Source: the human T2T-CHM13v2.0 reference genome, Homo sapiens
Strand: one strand, 5' to 3'
Length of the DNA stretch: 64,000 nucleotides
Assembly (NCBI RefSeq): GCF_009914755.1
Contig: NC_060933.1
Shown: one piece after another, positions 20,368 through 40,599 of the stretch
Position numbering within the stretch: position 1 is the stretch's first letter
How the letters are laid out: each line of letters begins with the position of its first letter
Notes under the pieces: generated by a model
What the model saw: only the letters and a program-made list of their open reading frames with translations
Database searches by the model: none
What the model was told of the DNA's origin: nothing
Translations under genes and position numbers: made by a program

Positions 20368-21587
20368 GAGTGTGTGGACCAAGCGTGGTGGACGCATGCC
20401 ACAGGATATACACAGCATCAGAAGCACTGGGTTCCATGTACATAAAGCAACTTGGATGGACCCTAAAAACACAATGCCGAGAGTTGAATTCTTCACACTA
20501 ATCAGAGTTGGTGGCACTTTATCCCCACTGGTCTGCCAAATTCTTTCTTTCTCACTCTCTCCCTTCTCATTAATTTATGTAACTTAATATAAAACAAAAC
20601 TCCATTCCCAGGCTGGGTGCTGTGGCTCATGCCTGTAATCCTAGCACTTTTGGAGTCTGAGACAAAAGGACCACTTGAGGCCAAGCATTCAAGACTTGCG
20701 TGGGCAACATAGCTTTAACCTGGGAGGTGGAGGCTGCAGCGAGCTGCGATCGTGGCACTGCACTCTAGACTGGGTGTCTAAGTGAGATCCCGTCTCAAAA
20801 GAAAACCAAAAAAACTCAATTTCCTGCTTTTCTCCTCCTACTATAGGTAACTACTGTGATGTATTTGATTTGCATACAGTTTTTTTTTCCATGTTCTTAC
20901 ATAATGTGCACTGTGGTCATATACATTTAATTTATAGAAACGGTATTGGGTTACATATCGCATTCTGCTTCTCTCTTTTTTTTTTCTTTTAAGATAACTT
21001 GTTACAGAATCACTGTTTCTTTTGGATATTAGAAGTGTTAATAAAATTGCAGGCATAAAAAGTCTTTGCAAAGTAAGAATAAGAGAAAAAAGTGCCAGAA
21101 ACACAGAGTGGCTCACATATTTACTCACTTGTCCTTAAATTGAAGATACAGATAAGATTGGGCCGCACCAGGTCAAACAAAATCTGTTTCCCAAACTTGA
21201 TGACTCAGTCAGTCTCAAAGGCTGCAGCTTGTCAAGTCATGGTGATTAAGTTAAATCACGGCTGTTACATACTCGCACACAGAGAGTTAGAATATGGAAT
21301 AAAGGATCAAGGAAAAAGATTTTCCTTTGCTTTACCCCAAGACAAAACTCTACTCAATTCAGTTCTCTGATCTTAGGTTTCAATGAGTTCTGATCTAACT
21401 GTGGAGGGAACAGTTCACTTAAAACAATAAAGCAGTAACAAACAAGTAATTAAAAAATGCTTTTTTATCAAATAATTCAGATGATACAGATGTGTACGCT
21501 ATAAAAAGCAAAAGTCATTGTTATCTGTTTGGTGGAAATTTCTTTTGGATTTTTTTTTTGTACTTCAAAAACAGACAGACTTAGTCA

Positions 21588-22091
<504 letters not shown>

Positions 22092-22139
22092 CTAGAATAG
22101 CCCTTGGTATCCAGTATTTCTAGTCCTCATGATGACCCA

Positions 22140-23050
<911 letters not shown>

Positions 23051-23228
23051 AAGCAAATATTACCATCATCTTCCTTGGAGCCTCAGGAAACTGAAAGTCT
23101 GAGAGGTAAAACAACGTAGACAAGATCACATAGCTAGTCAGTAGCAGGGTTGAGATTTGAATCTCAGTCCATGTCAAAGTCCTACACTTTTGTCTGTTCC
23201 ATTCACGTTGACAGCCCAATTCTGTTGC

Positions 23229-23786
23229 TGTTGGGGGTGCCACTATGCCGCGGATCTATTGGACTGAACAAAGGGGGCAAACGCGGGAATAAAAGACAGT
23301 AGACAAAAGAGTATATTTGGAAGAAGGAGTCAGGGGGAACCTAGCGTCTAGTGGACAAGGGTCCTGAGCTTTACACAGCCCTCCGTATTTATTAGGTAAA
23401 AGAGATAGCGAGAAGCAGGGGTGATTGTTGAGTAATTGTCAGTCGGCCGTCTGGTTCACAGCAGGCTTGCGAGACTGCATCCTTTGAACAATAGGCCCTA
23501 ATTTTCTCAGTAGATAACTATCGGGGGAATTCACACCCAATATTTCCACGTAGGTTCTTTCTATTTTCCCTAAGCGTCGGCCGGTCTGAGAAATAAAGAG
23601 AAAGAGTACAAAGAGTACAAAAGAGCCCGGCGCCAGGGAGTGATATCCCTCAGCAAAGCTTTTGGTGGCAGGGCAGTGTGAGTTTGCCCACATCCTGCAT
23701 TCATGATAAACAATTTGCTGTTTGATCATATAGCCTCCAGCGGAATGCTGAGTTGGTCATGTCCCACGGGCCTTCGGCCCCCTGCA
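23229..23786 (-). mobile_element. LTR3 (HML-6) solo LTR with an internal foreign segment
   Basis: Minus strand starts TGCAGGGGGCCGAAGGCCCGTGGGACATGACCAACTCAGCATTCCGCTGGAGGCTATATGATC, like LTR3. AATAAA (minus) at 23388-23393; TG...CA ends. Confidence 0.7.
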
Positions 23787-24484
23787 CTTTCAGCTTTCCA
23801 GTACAGGTGAAGTAGATTCCTTTTGTAGGTAAGAACAAACTTAGGGAAGGTTACTAATGAGATTTCTGTAAACCCCTATCAGCGATGTCATTTCTGGCAT
23901 GCAAACATGCTGCACGTCTTGGAATGTCATCTCATCCTAGCTTCCCCTTCCAGCCTCTCCTTCTACCCTCCTGTCTCCACTTGGGTAGCGTCTGCTGTAA
24001 TTCTGTGGTGGGACTTCTGCCTCTTGATGGATGGCTGGGCTGAGACAAGGGCAACGAAAGTACAAAAAAACCCTGAAACATCCTTTTGCGTCAGTCAGTA
24101 AGAAAGTGTGCAAAATATGATGGAAACACGAAAGAGTAAGGGATGTGTCAAAAGGAACACAGAAACCACCTTAAAGGAGCTTCCATTGGCCAAATCTAAG
24201 ACAATCTGCACATAAAAACCGGCAATAAAATTAGCATTTTATTATTGTAGCACCCTACAATTAACGATAGCAATTAACATGTTAATGGTTAACCCTTAAT
24301 AGTTTAAGGTAAAAATCAATCAATCAATAAGTAACAGAAAATATGTTAATGGATGAACATATTTTATCACCCCTAAAATAAGTTACCAAGAGTTCATAAA
24401 CACAGAAGTAAGAAAAGGAGGGCTGGGCTCAGTGGCTCAACGCCTGCAATCCCAGGACTTTGGGAGGCCAAGGTGGGTGGATCA

Positions 24485-24766
<282 letters not shown>

Positions 24767-26447
24767 TTATTAATAATTGACTCAGGCAAGAATCATGAAA
24801 GCTAAAAGAAGGTGAAAGTTTAATAAGGAACAGAGTGTCTACATGTTCTAAGCGTATCTCTTCACAGATTGTTTATTAAAGGGGAAAAAGGTAACTTTAC
24901 GGTGGAAAAACCTGACAGATAAGAGGTCAAAGTCAATATCATCAATGAGACCAACAGATATTATCTGTGCTTTCTCATATTATGCCTTGAGAAGGACACA
25001 ACATCAATTCTGTGGTTTCCTGACTGAAATACATAATCTGGATTTAGCCATGAGGAAACAGCAGACAAACTCAAATTGGGGGACCTTCTACAAAACAGCT
25101 AGTTTGTAAGTTTCAAAAGTGTCAAGGTCATGGAGTCAAAGAAAGATTGAGGAACTGTTAAAGAGATATGATAACGAGATGAAGCTGAATTACATGGCTG
25201 GGGAGAGGCGCAGATAATTATAAAGATCATGGTTGAAACAACGGGTAAAATCTGAATATGAACTAAAGATTAGATCAGGAGTTGGCAAACTGGCCAAATC
25301 CAGCCTACTGCCTATTTTTGTACAGCCTGCAAGGTAATAATGGTTTTTACATTTTAAAAATATTATAGTAGGCTAGGTGCGGTGGCTCAAGGCTGTCATC
25401 CCAGCACTTTGGGAGGCTGAAGCACGCGGATCACGAGGTCAGGAGATGGAGACCATCCTGGCTAACATGGTGAAACCCCGTCTCTACTAAAAATAAAAAA
25501 AAAATAAAAAAAAAAAACATTAGCAGGGTGTGGTGGCGGGCACCTGTAGTCCCAGCAACTCAGGAGGCTGAGGCAGGAGAATGGCATGAACCCCGGAGGC
25601 GGAGCTTGCAGTGAGCCAAGATTGCACCACTGCACTCCAGTCTGGGCAGCACAGTGAGACTCCATCTCAAAAAAAAAAAAAAAGAAATAGCATGAAGATC
25701 AGAGCTATCTTCTTGCACCTGCCATCTTTCAAGTGCATTTAGCTTAACTACTCTGTGCACCAGACTAGCATATTTTAACCTCATCAGTGGTAATAAAATG
25801 TTAAGAAGCTTGATGTAGCCAGTCCACAATGTACACAGATATCAAAACATCATGTTGTACTCCATACATATTTATAATTTGTACTTGTTAATTAAAATAA
25901 ATTTTAAAAATATAACTAGGTGCAGTGTTTCTGTGTCCAGGCATTTGTGGGATGAGAGGAAGGTAAATTTAAATTGAGAGCCTCCCTGTGGTTCTAATCC
26001 ACTTGGGGCAGAATCTCTCTGAAGCAGCCTCTGACTTGGCAATTTTCTAGGAAAGAATTAGGGAATGGTGGTCGGGTGCAGTGGGTCACTCCTGTCATCC
26101 CAGCACTTTGGGGGACCAAGGTGAGAGGATTGCTTGAACTCAGGAGTTGAAGACCAGCGTGGGCAAAATAGTAAGAAACTCATCTCTACCAAAAAATTTT
26201 AAAAATTACTTGGGTGTGATGGGGCATGCCTGTAGTTCCAGCTACTTGAGAGGTTGAGGTGGGAGGCTCACCTGAAGCTTGGGAGATTGTGGCTGCAGTG
26301 TGCTATGATTGTGCCACCACCTTCCAGCATGGCTGGCAAAGTGAGACTGTCTAAAAAAAAAAAAAAAAAAAAAGGAAAAAAAAAGATTTAGGGAATGAAT
26401 CAGGAATAAGATTAATCAAAGTTTTTTTGCTTTTCTTTTTTTTTTGA

Positions 26448-27448
<1,001 letters not shown>

Positions 27449-27541
27449 TAGCTAGGATTACCGGCACGCACTACCACGCCTGGCTAATTTTTGTATTTTT
27501 AGTAGAGACGGGGTTTCACCATGTTGGTTAGGCTGGTCTCA

Positions 27542-27795
<254 letters not shown>

Positions 27796-28390
27796 AAAAA
27801 AAAAAGGAAAGAACATTTTTAAAAAAAAACAAGGAGGATGAAGAGGATGAAAGCTAACTATTCAAAACCCCAGTATTACAGGTGAGTAGCTTACAGGTTC
27901 TTTTTATTTCTTTCAGACAGGGTCTCACTCTGTTGCCCAGGCTAGATGGAGTACAGTGGTGCGATCACGGTTCACTACACACTCTACCTCCCTGGGCTCA
28001 GGTGATCCTCCCACCTCAGCCTCCCAAGTAGCTGGGACTACAGGCACTTGTCACCACACTCAGCTGATCCTTGTATTTTTTCTGGAGACAGGTTTTCACT
28101 ATGTTGACCAAGCTGGTCTCAAACTCCTGACCTCAAGTGATTGATGCACCTCAACCTCCCAAAATGCTAGGATTACAGGTGTGAGCCTTTGCACCTGGCC
28201 TACAGTTTATCTTGTGTACTAATCTATTTCACTCTCTAAATGAGTAAAGTGGGAGATCATTGTCATGGTCAAAGTTACATGGCCAAGACAAGCTATGCTC
28301 TGGGAGTCCCAGGTTCTCCTGTGTGGGCACTTTCCTGGCATATGCTAAATGATGGGAAAGTCTGGGTCTCATGTTTCTGTGTGGTCCTCA

Positions 28391-29091
<701 letters not shown>

Positions 29092-30614
29092 GCAGGGAAC
29101 CCAGGGATCTCGGTTGTTAGTGGTGATCTAGGTGTGAGGGTGAATGTGTGTGTACCTATGTGTAATCGAAATGGTCTTGTATTCCCTAATGCCCCACTCT
29201 GCACACATCACTGAGGTCCCGGGACTGTACTCCATCATCTCAGAAGTGTCTCCCAGCCGCAACTCCTGCCTGGCATTCTGAGACCACACAATGTATGTGG
29301 AGGGCTATGCTTGCTATCTCATGATCTCATTCCAGGTTATCATCTCCCCGATACTGACTTGTGTGCACCACACACTCCCATCTTGCCATCTCCTTGCCTC
29401 CACACAGACATCAGACAATCTCATTTCACATGTACCCCACCAGCCCCATGTTGGCTCCCCAAGATTCTCTTTGTATGGGGCGGGGGTTTGACAACAACAA
29501 ACCATTTCCCTGCCAGAGTACTACCTGCCCAGCTAGAAGCTTTTGGCAGGAAAACGGGAGTCAGGAAGTGAGTGGTCTGTAGTCTTTGATCTTTCTGAAA
29601 GGCTGGGAAGAAGAAACGTTTCCTGGTTGGGTCCCCAAAGCTGAGGCTGAGAGCTCTGCCTGGACACTTCTGGGCATGCTTGTTCTGGCTGGCGCTAAAA
29701 TGCAATGCTGGTGTTTGCTAATTCGTTCACCACACTTGCCAGGCCTCATGAAAAGATTCCTGCCAGGAGAGGAACCAGGAATCATGAGTTGGCTGAGTCG
29801 ACACAGCATAAAGCTCAACTTAAACAGTTTATGGGTATTTTATTTCTGTTCTCTTTTTTCCTTGGTTCTGGTTTTCTAGCTTTGTATTACTATTATCAGA
29901 GTGGGCATAAATTTCAGTTCAATTTAGTTCAGATAGGATTCCAGCTGGGCGCAGTGGCTCATACCTGTAATCCAAGTACTTTGGGAGGTTGAGGTGGTGG
30001 ATGGCCTAAAGCCAGGAGTCTGAGACCAGCATAGGCAATGTGGTGAAACCCCAGCTCTACGAAATTTTTTTTTTTAATTAGCCAGGTAAGGTGGTGCATG
30101 TCTGTGGTCCCAGCTAATTGGGAGACTGAAGAGGGAGGATAACCTGGGCCTGAGGAAGTTGATGCTGCAGTGAGCTATAATCATGCCACTGCACTCCAGC
30201 GTGGGTGACAGAGACCCTGTCTCAAAAAAAAAAAAAAAAAAAAAGATTCCAAGGTGCTTTGTTATAATCACTCCCTGGCAAATGCTTTCAGCTTCCTTGC
30301 TTTTTTCTTCCTCCATCAGTCACGCCTGGCATAACCCTAACCCCGAGTAAAAGCAATCACTGACTTTTCCACGCCTTCCCATGAGCCCCTGAACATTGTT
30401 GGCGAAAATTACTTAACTAGACTGACTGGTTTTCCTCTAATGATCACAAACAACACAAAGGCACACACGACACTGCCCAGTAACCCCAGAGATTCTCCAG
30501 GAAATTTCCTTACTCGCAAAACTTGATGACAATTTTATCCTTTCACACGGTTCTCAAGCCTCACCCCTCAACTATTCTTACCTGATGCTTCACTGAGAGA
30601 TTAAAACAGATTAG

Positions 30615-31007
<393 letters not shown>

Positions 31008-31032
31008 TAACCTTCCTAGGCTACCTGGATTA

Positions 31033-31467
<435 letters not shown>

Positions 31468-33290
31468 CTAAACTGAACTGATTTCTACCTGGAACAGATG
31501 CTTCTAGCTGCATTCTCTCTTGGTTCTTTGCTAGCAAGTATCCCCACGTTGTTTAGAATAGTAACATGTCTAGCTAAAAAATTGCTAGCCAAGCTCCTTT
31601 ATTGTTAGAAGTGATCACATGACAATTCTGCCTGGAGGTATGAGCAGAAGTTACTGGATAGGGCCTCCAGGAAAGCTTTTCAAAAGTGGGCAGAACACAC
31701 TCTCTCTTTTTTTTTTTCTGCATGGAACATGCACGGAAGTAGAGCAGCGACTTCATGATCGTGAGGTCCACAAGCCGAGAGTGAAAAAGCAGAAGGTTAG
31801 AAGGACTCTGGGAAGCAACATCATGGGATCCCAACATTAGTTCTGGGATGTTACAGGAAAAAAATGATGCCCTACTTGTTTTTTTGTTTTGTTTTGTTTT
31901 TGAGATGGAGTCTCACTCTGTCGCCCAGGCTGGAGTGCAGTGGTGCAATCTAGGTTCACTGCAACCTCCGCCTCCCAGGTTCAAGCGATTCTCCTGCCTC
32001 AGCCTCCCGAGTAGCTGAGTCTACAGGCACATGCCACCACACCTGGCTAATTTTTTGTATTTTTAGTAGATACAGGGTTTCACCGTGGTAGCCAGGATGG
32101 TCTCGATCTCCTGACCTCGTGATCTGCCCGCTTCGGCCTCCCAAAGTGCTGGGATTACAGGCGTGAGCCACCGCACCTGGCCGCCATTACTTGTTTAAGC
32201 TACTATGTATAGCAGACATTTTGTTACAAGCAACTGAACCAAGCCTTAGCTATACACCACTCAAACCTACTTCTCCCTAGCCTTCCCCATTAGTAATTGG
32301 GACCTCCAGCGCCAAATCCAGAGGTGGGCAAGTTATCCGGGATTCTTCTCTCTTAACACCCACCTACAATCCAATCTATAAGCAAGTACTGCAGCATCTC
32401 CTCCAAAATATTCCTATTCATGCACTTGTCTTTACGAGCTTTGCCACTACCTGGTTCAAGCCACCATCATCTCCTAAAATAACCTGATACTGGTCCCTTT
32501 GCCTATCCCCTTGCCTCCTTTCAGTCTTTTCAGCATCTAGCAGCTAGAAGGAGCTTTTAAAATGCAAACTGGGCATCAGTACTGGCAGATACTAAAACTT
32601 CCAGGAAGGACATGAACTGCTTTGCCTAAGAGAGAGAGAGAAAAAAAATTTGGAACTCCCCAATTTAGAATGAAAAATTAAGAAAATGGAACTCCCCATT
32701 TTAGAAGGAAAAATTAAGAAAAGAGTAGAGAGAATGGCTCTGGGTTACATAATGGATTCCTTAATCACTGGCTAAGAAATAAAAAAGGAACCTCTGAATA
32801 TTGGAATGAATTAATTTTCTTGTGGAAATTGGTGAAGGGGCTAAATATCCTAATGATCTTGGAACAAAATAGAGCTCACATTTAAAAATAGCTAGCAGGA
32901 CGCAGGAGGAGGCAAGCCCAGGGAGCTCACAGGCATTGTGGGAGAACTTTGGACTATCATGGAACATAGAACTTGGATTTGTTCCAATTTAATCAGACCT
33001 CGGAAGGGCAGAGGAGCCACCCACAGATGGCTTTGGGTTATGTTTGGGTTTTACTTGCCAGCTTGGGGGCATTGTTTAGATATCAGCTGTTGGTCATGCT
33101 GAACTGTGAAACAGGCGTCATTCCTTATTTGAGGTCTTATTACCTTGGTTTGTGAATTATGTGGGAAGGGTAAGGGTGAGTAGGACCTGCTGATTTGGAT
33201 TACTTACCTGGATTTATAACCAGATGCATCCATCTGGTGGCGCTTAGGAGGAACTTTTTAGCAACTCTCAGTGGTGTCCTAATTTTTTCA

Positions 33291-33614
<324 letters not shown>

Positions 33615-33860
33615 TCAGCTCACTGCAACCTCTGCCTCCCAGGTTCAAATAATTCTCCAGCCTCAGCCTCCTGAGTAGCTGGGACCACAGGTGCGCACCA
33701 CCAAGCTCAGCTAATTTTTGTATTTTTAGTAGAGATGTGGTCTTGCCATGTTGCCCAGGCTGGTCTTGAACTCCTGAGCTCAAAGTGATCCACCTGCCTC
33801 TGCCTTCCAAAGGGCTGGGATTACAGGTGTGAGCCACTACACCCAGCCTAACAATAATAA

Positions 33861-34052
<192 letters not shown>

Positions 34053-34514
34053 TAGAGACGGGGTTTCACCGTATTAGCCAGGATGGTCTCGATCTCCCGA
34101 CCTCATGATCCACCTGCCTCGGCCTCCCAAAGTGCTGGGATTACAGGCATGAGACACCGCACCCGGCCAATAATTTTTAAATATTTATATGAGAGGCAGA
34201 GAAATTTTGTAGGAAAGGAATGCTTTGTATGGAAGAGAGTTAAGATGCACAAAGACAGTAAGTGGTTCAAGATCAAGGGGAAAAGTGAGTGCTCAGCTCA
34301 GTGTTGGTTACTTGTATCTTACTTCAGCCCAGACTCTTGGGCTCATGCCCAAGTTCCAGCTCAGGGGGACACCAACAAAGAAAAAAGTAAGAACTTAAAC
34401 AAGTGGCTTCATTAAACTCTCTGTGACATACTGAGTAGCTTTGTTACATAGATGGGAGATGGCACCAGTGACTTCGACCCTATCGGAGACATTGGGATTC
34501 GTCAATCTAATTAC

Positions 34515-35042
34515 TCATGTGGAGGGTGCCCAAGGATACCTTATGTTTGGAGAGTCACTGGAAGGGCTCACGGGACCCAGACTATAGTTGTATTCATGGC
34601 TAAGGTTTATTACGGCAATGTAATGAGGAGGGAGAAAGACTCAGGTGGAGCCTGGGGAAATCCATGGGCAGGCATCCTACTGCCCCCTCCCTCCACGAGG
34701 AATTGCACAGTGCACTCTTCCTTCAGCAATGAAAATATATTTCCCCAGCAGTAAGCATTCAATGTTTCTGCTTATTAGAGGGAAACCCATTAGAGTCTCA
34801 ACATCCAAAGTTTTACTAGGGTCTAGTCACATAAGGCACCCTCTGCCTAGCGTGTACCAAAATTCCAGACCCCCCAAAGGAAGGCAGGTGTTCAGCATAA
34901 ACCACACTGTTTGTATAGTCTAGGCAGAATGGGCCACCCTTGTCAGTTAGGGAATGGTGGGGACACGCTTCAAATCCAAGTTCCCAGACACCAGCCCAAG
35001 GCCAACATCGCAATCAGGCTTGCTATGTTAACTCTTCTGTAC
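34515..35042. mobile_element. MER21-like ERV LTR
   Basis: TCACTGGAAGGGCTCACGGGAC...ATGGCTAAGGTTTATTAC...CCAAGTTCCCAGACACCAGCC motifs recalled from MER21. Confidence 0.55.
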
Positions 35043-36197
35043 ATCAGTAAAACCTCTAGCAATAGTGAAGTCATTAAGAGAAATTTCGTCCTGGAAATTT
35101 TCCACCAGAATTTCTAATGTTGTATGGTGTATGCACAGAAGTTAGGATTAAATATGTTAAAGCTTGGCAGCTCTTCTAACTGGTCTATATTCAAGAAATA
35201 TATTCAAGGCAGGGCAAAAGAAAAAGAATATAGCCAATTGCAAATGAGGAGGTAATTGGTTCTTTGACCATTTGTCCCTGAAGCACAGCTGCAGATTAAC
35301 ACTTCCTTGTGGGTCGTTCTCATCTCAGGAGGACAGCTGATGTACATAGACACACAGGGAGGTGGGCACTGAGGGTGGGCTGTAAACCTGGCACAACCTA
35401 GCTATGATATCCACTGTGACATCTAACCTGCTAGTAGAATCATGCCAAGGAATGGAAGTAATGCAAGCTGACAGAGGTTTGGGCCCAGGAATTTCCTCCC
35501 ACAGTAGAGGAATGTGGTAGAGACATACGTAGTCACAGAACCAGAGCTGTGGACCAAAAGAAGGTTCGAAGATGAATATTTCTGGCAGAAAGCTAACAGT
35601 AACTATTTTGAATTTACCAGGCACCTCCCTAAGGAAAATTGCTTTCAGAAAACACTGGAGCAAGAGAATACATGGAAGATAGTTTATACTCCTGCATCCT
35701 CCAACCTAGAATTCTAAAAGAAAAAAAAAGAGTACCTAAAAAAAGAAAGAAGCTGAGGACCTAGGACAAATTGAACAGAGCAATGCAGCCTGGGCTGCAA
35801 ATAGCCGGATACTAAAACTAGGATTTTTGCAGAGCTATCTCGGGGGTAGAAGAACCTGAACTACAGGTTAAATGTGCCAGGTGATGTTCCGGAATAGAAA
35901 GTCAAGGAGAATGAGAGTCAGATTATGCAGTGTTTGGGGTGAGACTGTATGAAATGAGTGCCAGAAGCTATAACACTTGTGTGCTTAAATGCCAATTTTG
36001 GAGTAAGATTTTGTCAGGGTAGAATCTGCTGTGGAAGCATGAGCTGAGCTTCCCACCTTTCCCATCCAACAATGAATTAATCCAGTGAGACACTACCTTT
36101 TCTCCATCAATCTGTATCCTTGATCCTGAATATGAGGACAATGGTAAAATTGCACAATGTGAGTTACAATTCTCTTGTGCTCTTTGGATGATGTTTT

Positions 36198-37660
36198 TCT
36201 TTTTATTTATTTATTTATTTATTTATTTATTTTATTGATCATTCTTGGGTGTTTCTCGGAGAGGGGGATTTGGCAGGGTCATAGGACAATAGTGGAGGGA
36301 AGGTCAGCAGATAAACAAGTGAACAAAGGTCTCTGGTTTTCCTAGGCAGAGGACCCTGCGGCCTTCCGCAGTGTTTGTGTCTCTGGGTACTTGAGACTAG
36401 GGAGTGGTGATGACTCTTAACGAGCATGCTGCCTTCAAGCATCTGTTTAACAAAGCACATCTTGCACCGCCCTTAATCCATTTAACCCTGAGTGGACACA
36501 GCACATGTTTCAGAGAGCACATGGTTGGGGGTAAGGTCATAGATCAACAGCATCCCAAGGCAGAAGAATTTTTCTTAGTACAGAACAAAGTGAAGTCTCC
36601 CATGTCTACTTCTTTCTACACAGACACAGCAACAATCTGATTTCTCTATCTTTTCCCCACCTTTCCCCCTTTTCTATTCCGCAAAACCGCCATCGTCATC
36701 ATGGCCCGTTCTCAATGAGCTGTTGGGTACACCTCCCAGACAGGGTGGTGGCCGGGCAGAGGGGCTCCTCACTTCCCAGAAGGGGCAGCCGGGCAGAGGC
36801 GCCCCCCACCTCCCGGACGGGTCAGCTGGCCAGGTGGGGGCTGACCCCCCACCTCCCTCCCGGGCGGGGTGGCTGCCGGGCGGAGACGCTCCTGGCTTCC
36901 CAGACGGGGTGGCAGCCGGGCGGAGGGGCTCCTCACTTCTCAGACGGGGCGGCTGCCGGGCGGAGGGGCTTCTCACATCCCAGACGGGGTCGAGGCCGGG
37001 CAGAGGCGCTCCCCACATCTCAGACGATGGGCGGCCGGGCAGAGACGCTCCTCACTTCCTAGATAGGATGGCGGCCGGGAAGAGGCGCTCCTCACTTCCC
37101 AGACTGGGCAGCCGGGCAGAGGGGCTCCTCGCATCCCAGACGATGGGCGGCCAGGCAGAGACGCTCCTCACTTCCCAGACGGGGTGGCGGCCGGGCAGAG
37201 GCTGCAATCTCGGCACTTTGGGAGGCCAAGGCAGGCGGCTGGGAGGTGGAGGTTGTAGGGAGCCGAGATCATGCCACTGCACTCCAGCCTGGGCAACATT
37301 GAGCACTGAGTGAACGAGACTCTGTCTGCAATCCCGGCACCTCGGGGGGCTGAGGCTGGCGGATCACTCGCGGTTAGGAGCTGGAGACCAGCGCGGTTAG
37401 GAGCTGGAGACCAGCCCGGCCAACACAGCGAAACCCCGTCTCCACCAAAAAAATACGAAAACCAGTCAGGCGTGGAGGCGCGCGCCTGCAATCGCAGGCA
37501 CTCGGCAGGCTGAGGCAGGAGAATCAGGCAGGGAGGTTGCAGTGAGCAGAGATGGTGGCAGCACAGTCCAGCTTTGGCTCGGCATCAGAGGGAGACCGTG
37601 GGGAGAGGGAGAGGAGAGGGAGGGGGAGGGGGAGGGAGAGGGAGAGGGAGAGGGAGAGGG
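36198..37660 (-). mobile_element. SVA, older subfamily (B/C-like), short VNTR
   Basis: (TTTA)n tail at left, SINE-R, short VNTR, Alu-like domain, (GGGAGA)n hexamer at 37600-37660. Candidate 8-bp TSD GATGTTTT at 36190-36197 and 37661-37668. Confidence 0.93.
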
Positions 37661-38088
37661 GATGTTTTCAACTTTAGTTTTTTTTTTGTTTTTTTTTTTG
37701 TAGAGTTTCAGAGAGAAAGAGGCGTTTGTATTGATTCAAGAGGATTGAATCAGATGGATTTTCCATTTAGAAAGCAAAAGGTAAGAAAAAAAATAGAAAC
37801 AATACCTTTGTGCCAAGAGAAGAGCAAATGGGAAAGTTAGATATAGAATTGTTATCAGTATGTCTTCTTTTTCAGTACAAAATACCTTGAAAACTTAGTT
37901 AATCTTGTACATTCAACAGACTATGTTCTGGAATGTTCTATTCACATGTTTCAGGAAGACTAACCTTTCTCTTTCTATTCTGTAGAAAATCAAGACTTCA
38001 GCATTGTGTTTAAAATGATGAAGGCAGCCGGGGGCGGTGGCTCATACCTGTAATCCCAGCACTTTGGGAGGCTGAGGTGGGCGAATCA

Positions 38089-38322
<234 letters not shown>

Positions 38323-38851
38323 TTAAGCCATCAACACGATTTTATTTTATTTGCATAGCCTTCAAATAGGAAAGTCTAGGTTCATAATTAGATACCTTTT
38401 CCTGTCTGGCAAGAGACCTTGTACAGTTTATATACTGGTGAACTAAATTATACAAAACCTGAGAAGCCATGGTCAGAGATGATTGCGCACGCGTGCGCAC
38501 ACACACACACACACACACACACAGAGTTGTTGTTTTGAGATAGAGTCTTGCTCTGTTGCCCTGGCTGGAGTGCAATGGGGTGACTTTGGCTCACTGCAAC
38601 CTCAACCTCCTGGCTCAAGTGATCCTCCCACCTCAGCCTCCGAGTAGCTGAGGTTACAGGTACGTGCCACCACACCCAGCTAATTTTTTTGTATTTTTTG
38701 TAGAGATGGGTTTTCGTCATGTTGCTCAGGCTGGTCTTGAATTTCTAGGCTCAAGTGATCCACCATTGAGTGCTGGCCATGTATGCAGTAGCATCAGTAC
38801 TTGTAGTAGCAGCAACAGTGATCCTAATAGGGGTATGGGTGGCATCACTAA

Positions 38852-39308
<457 letters not shown>

Positions 39309-39790
39309 TAGAAGAATGCTTTTATTGTTATTATGTTGACCTCATTTGCAACTCTAGATTGGTGTGGCCTGGTAACACATATATAGTGCCAGAATAAACA
39401 TCTTTGTGCATACATCCTTTTCCATATTTTGAATTCTTTCCTTAAGACAGAAAAGTATTGAGTCAAAGGGTATAAATACTTTCTGGGAGTTGAAACAATA
39501 CCTGGGCTCTTCTAGTCTATGTATTACAGTCACCAAATTGCTTTACAAAAAGTTGTCTCAATTAGGAATTTATGCAGCCCTGAGAAAAGTGTCAGCTGTC
39601 CTCTTCGATCGGTCTTGCTAAAATTGGCTATTGCAAGTTTTAGAATCATTGCTAATTTTGTCAGGAAAATGATAATTTGTGGTTAATGTTTGCATTCCTG
39701 TGATTACTCATCAAATTAAGTCTTTCCATTTATCCTGACTGGTTTGATTTCCTTTTCTGAGAATGTCCATTCAAGATCATTACTATTTAA

Positions 39791-40129
<339 letters not shown>

Positions 40130-40248
40130 TAAAATAAAGTATATAAATATTTATGTAAAATATACTAATTCTTTGTCAAATTTACTATATCTATTCCCAA
40201 ATTTGTCATTTTTTCTTGAATATTATGAGTTTTAATGCATACCCTTAA

Positions 40249-40599
<351 letters not shown>

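Noticed and set aside
21201-21211. TGACTCAGTCA as an NRF2 ARE for PTGR1
   Set aside because: It has an AP-1 core but lacks the GC dinucleotide required for an ARE.
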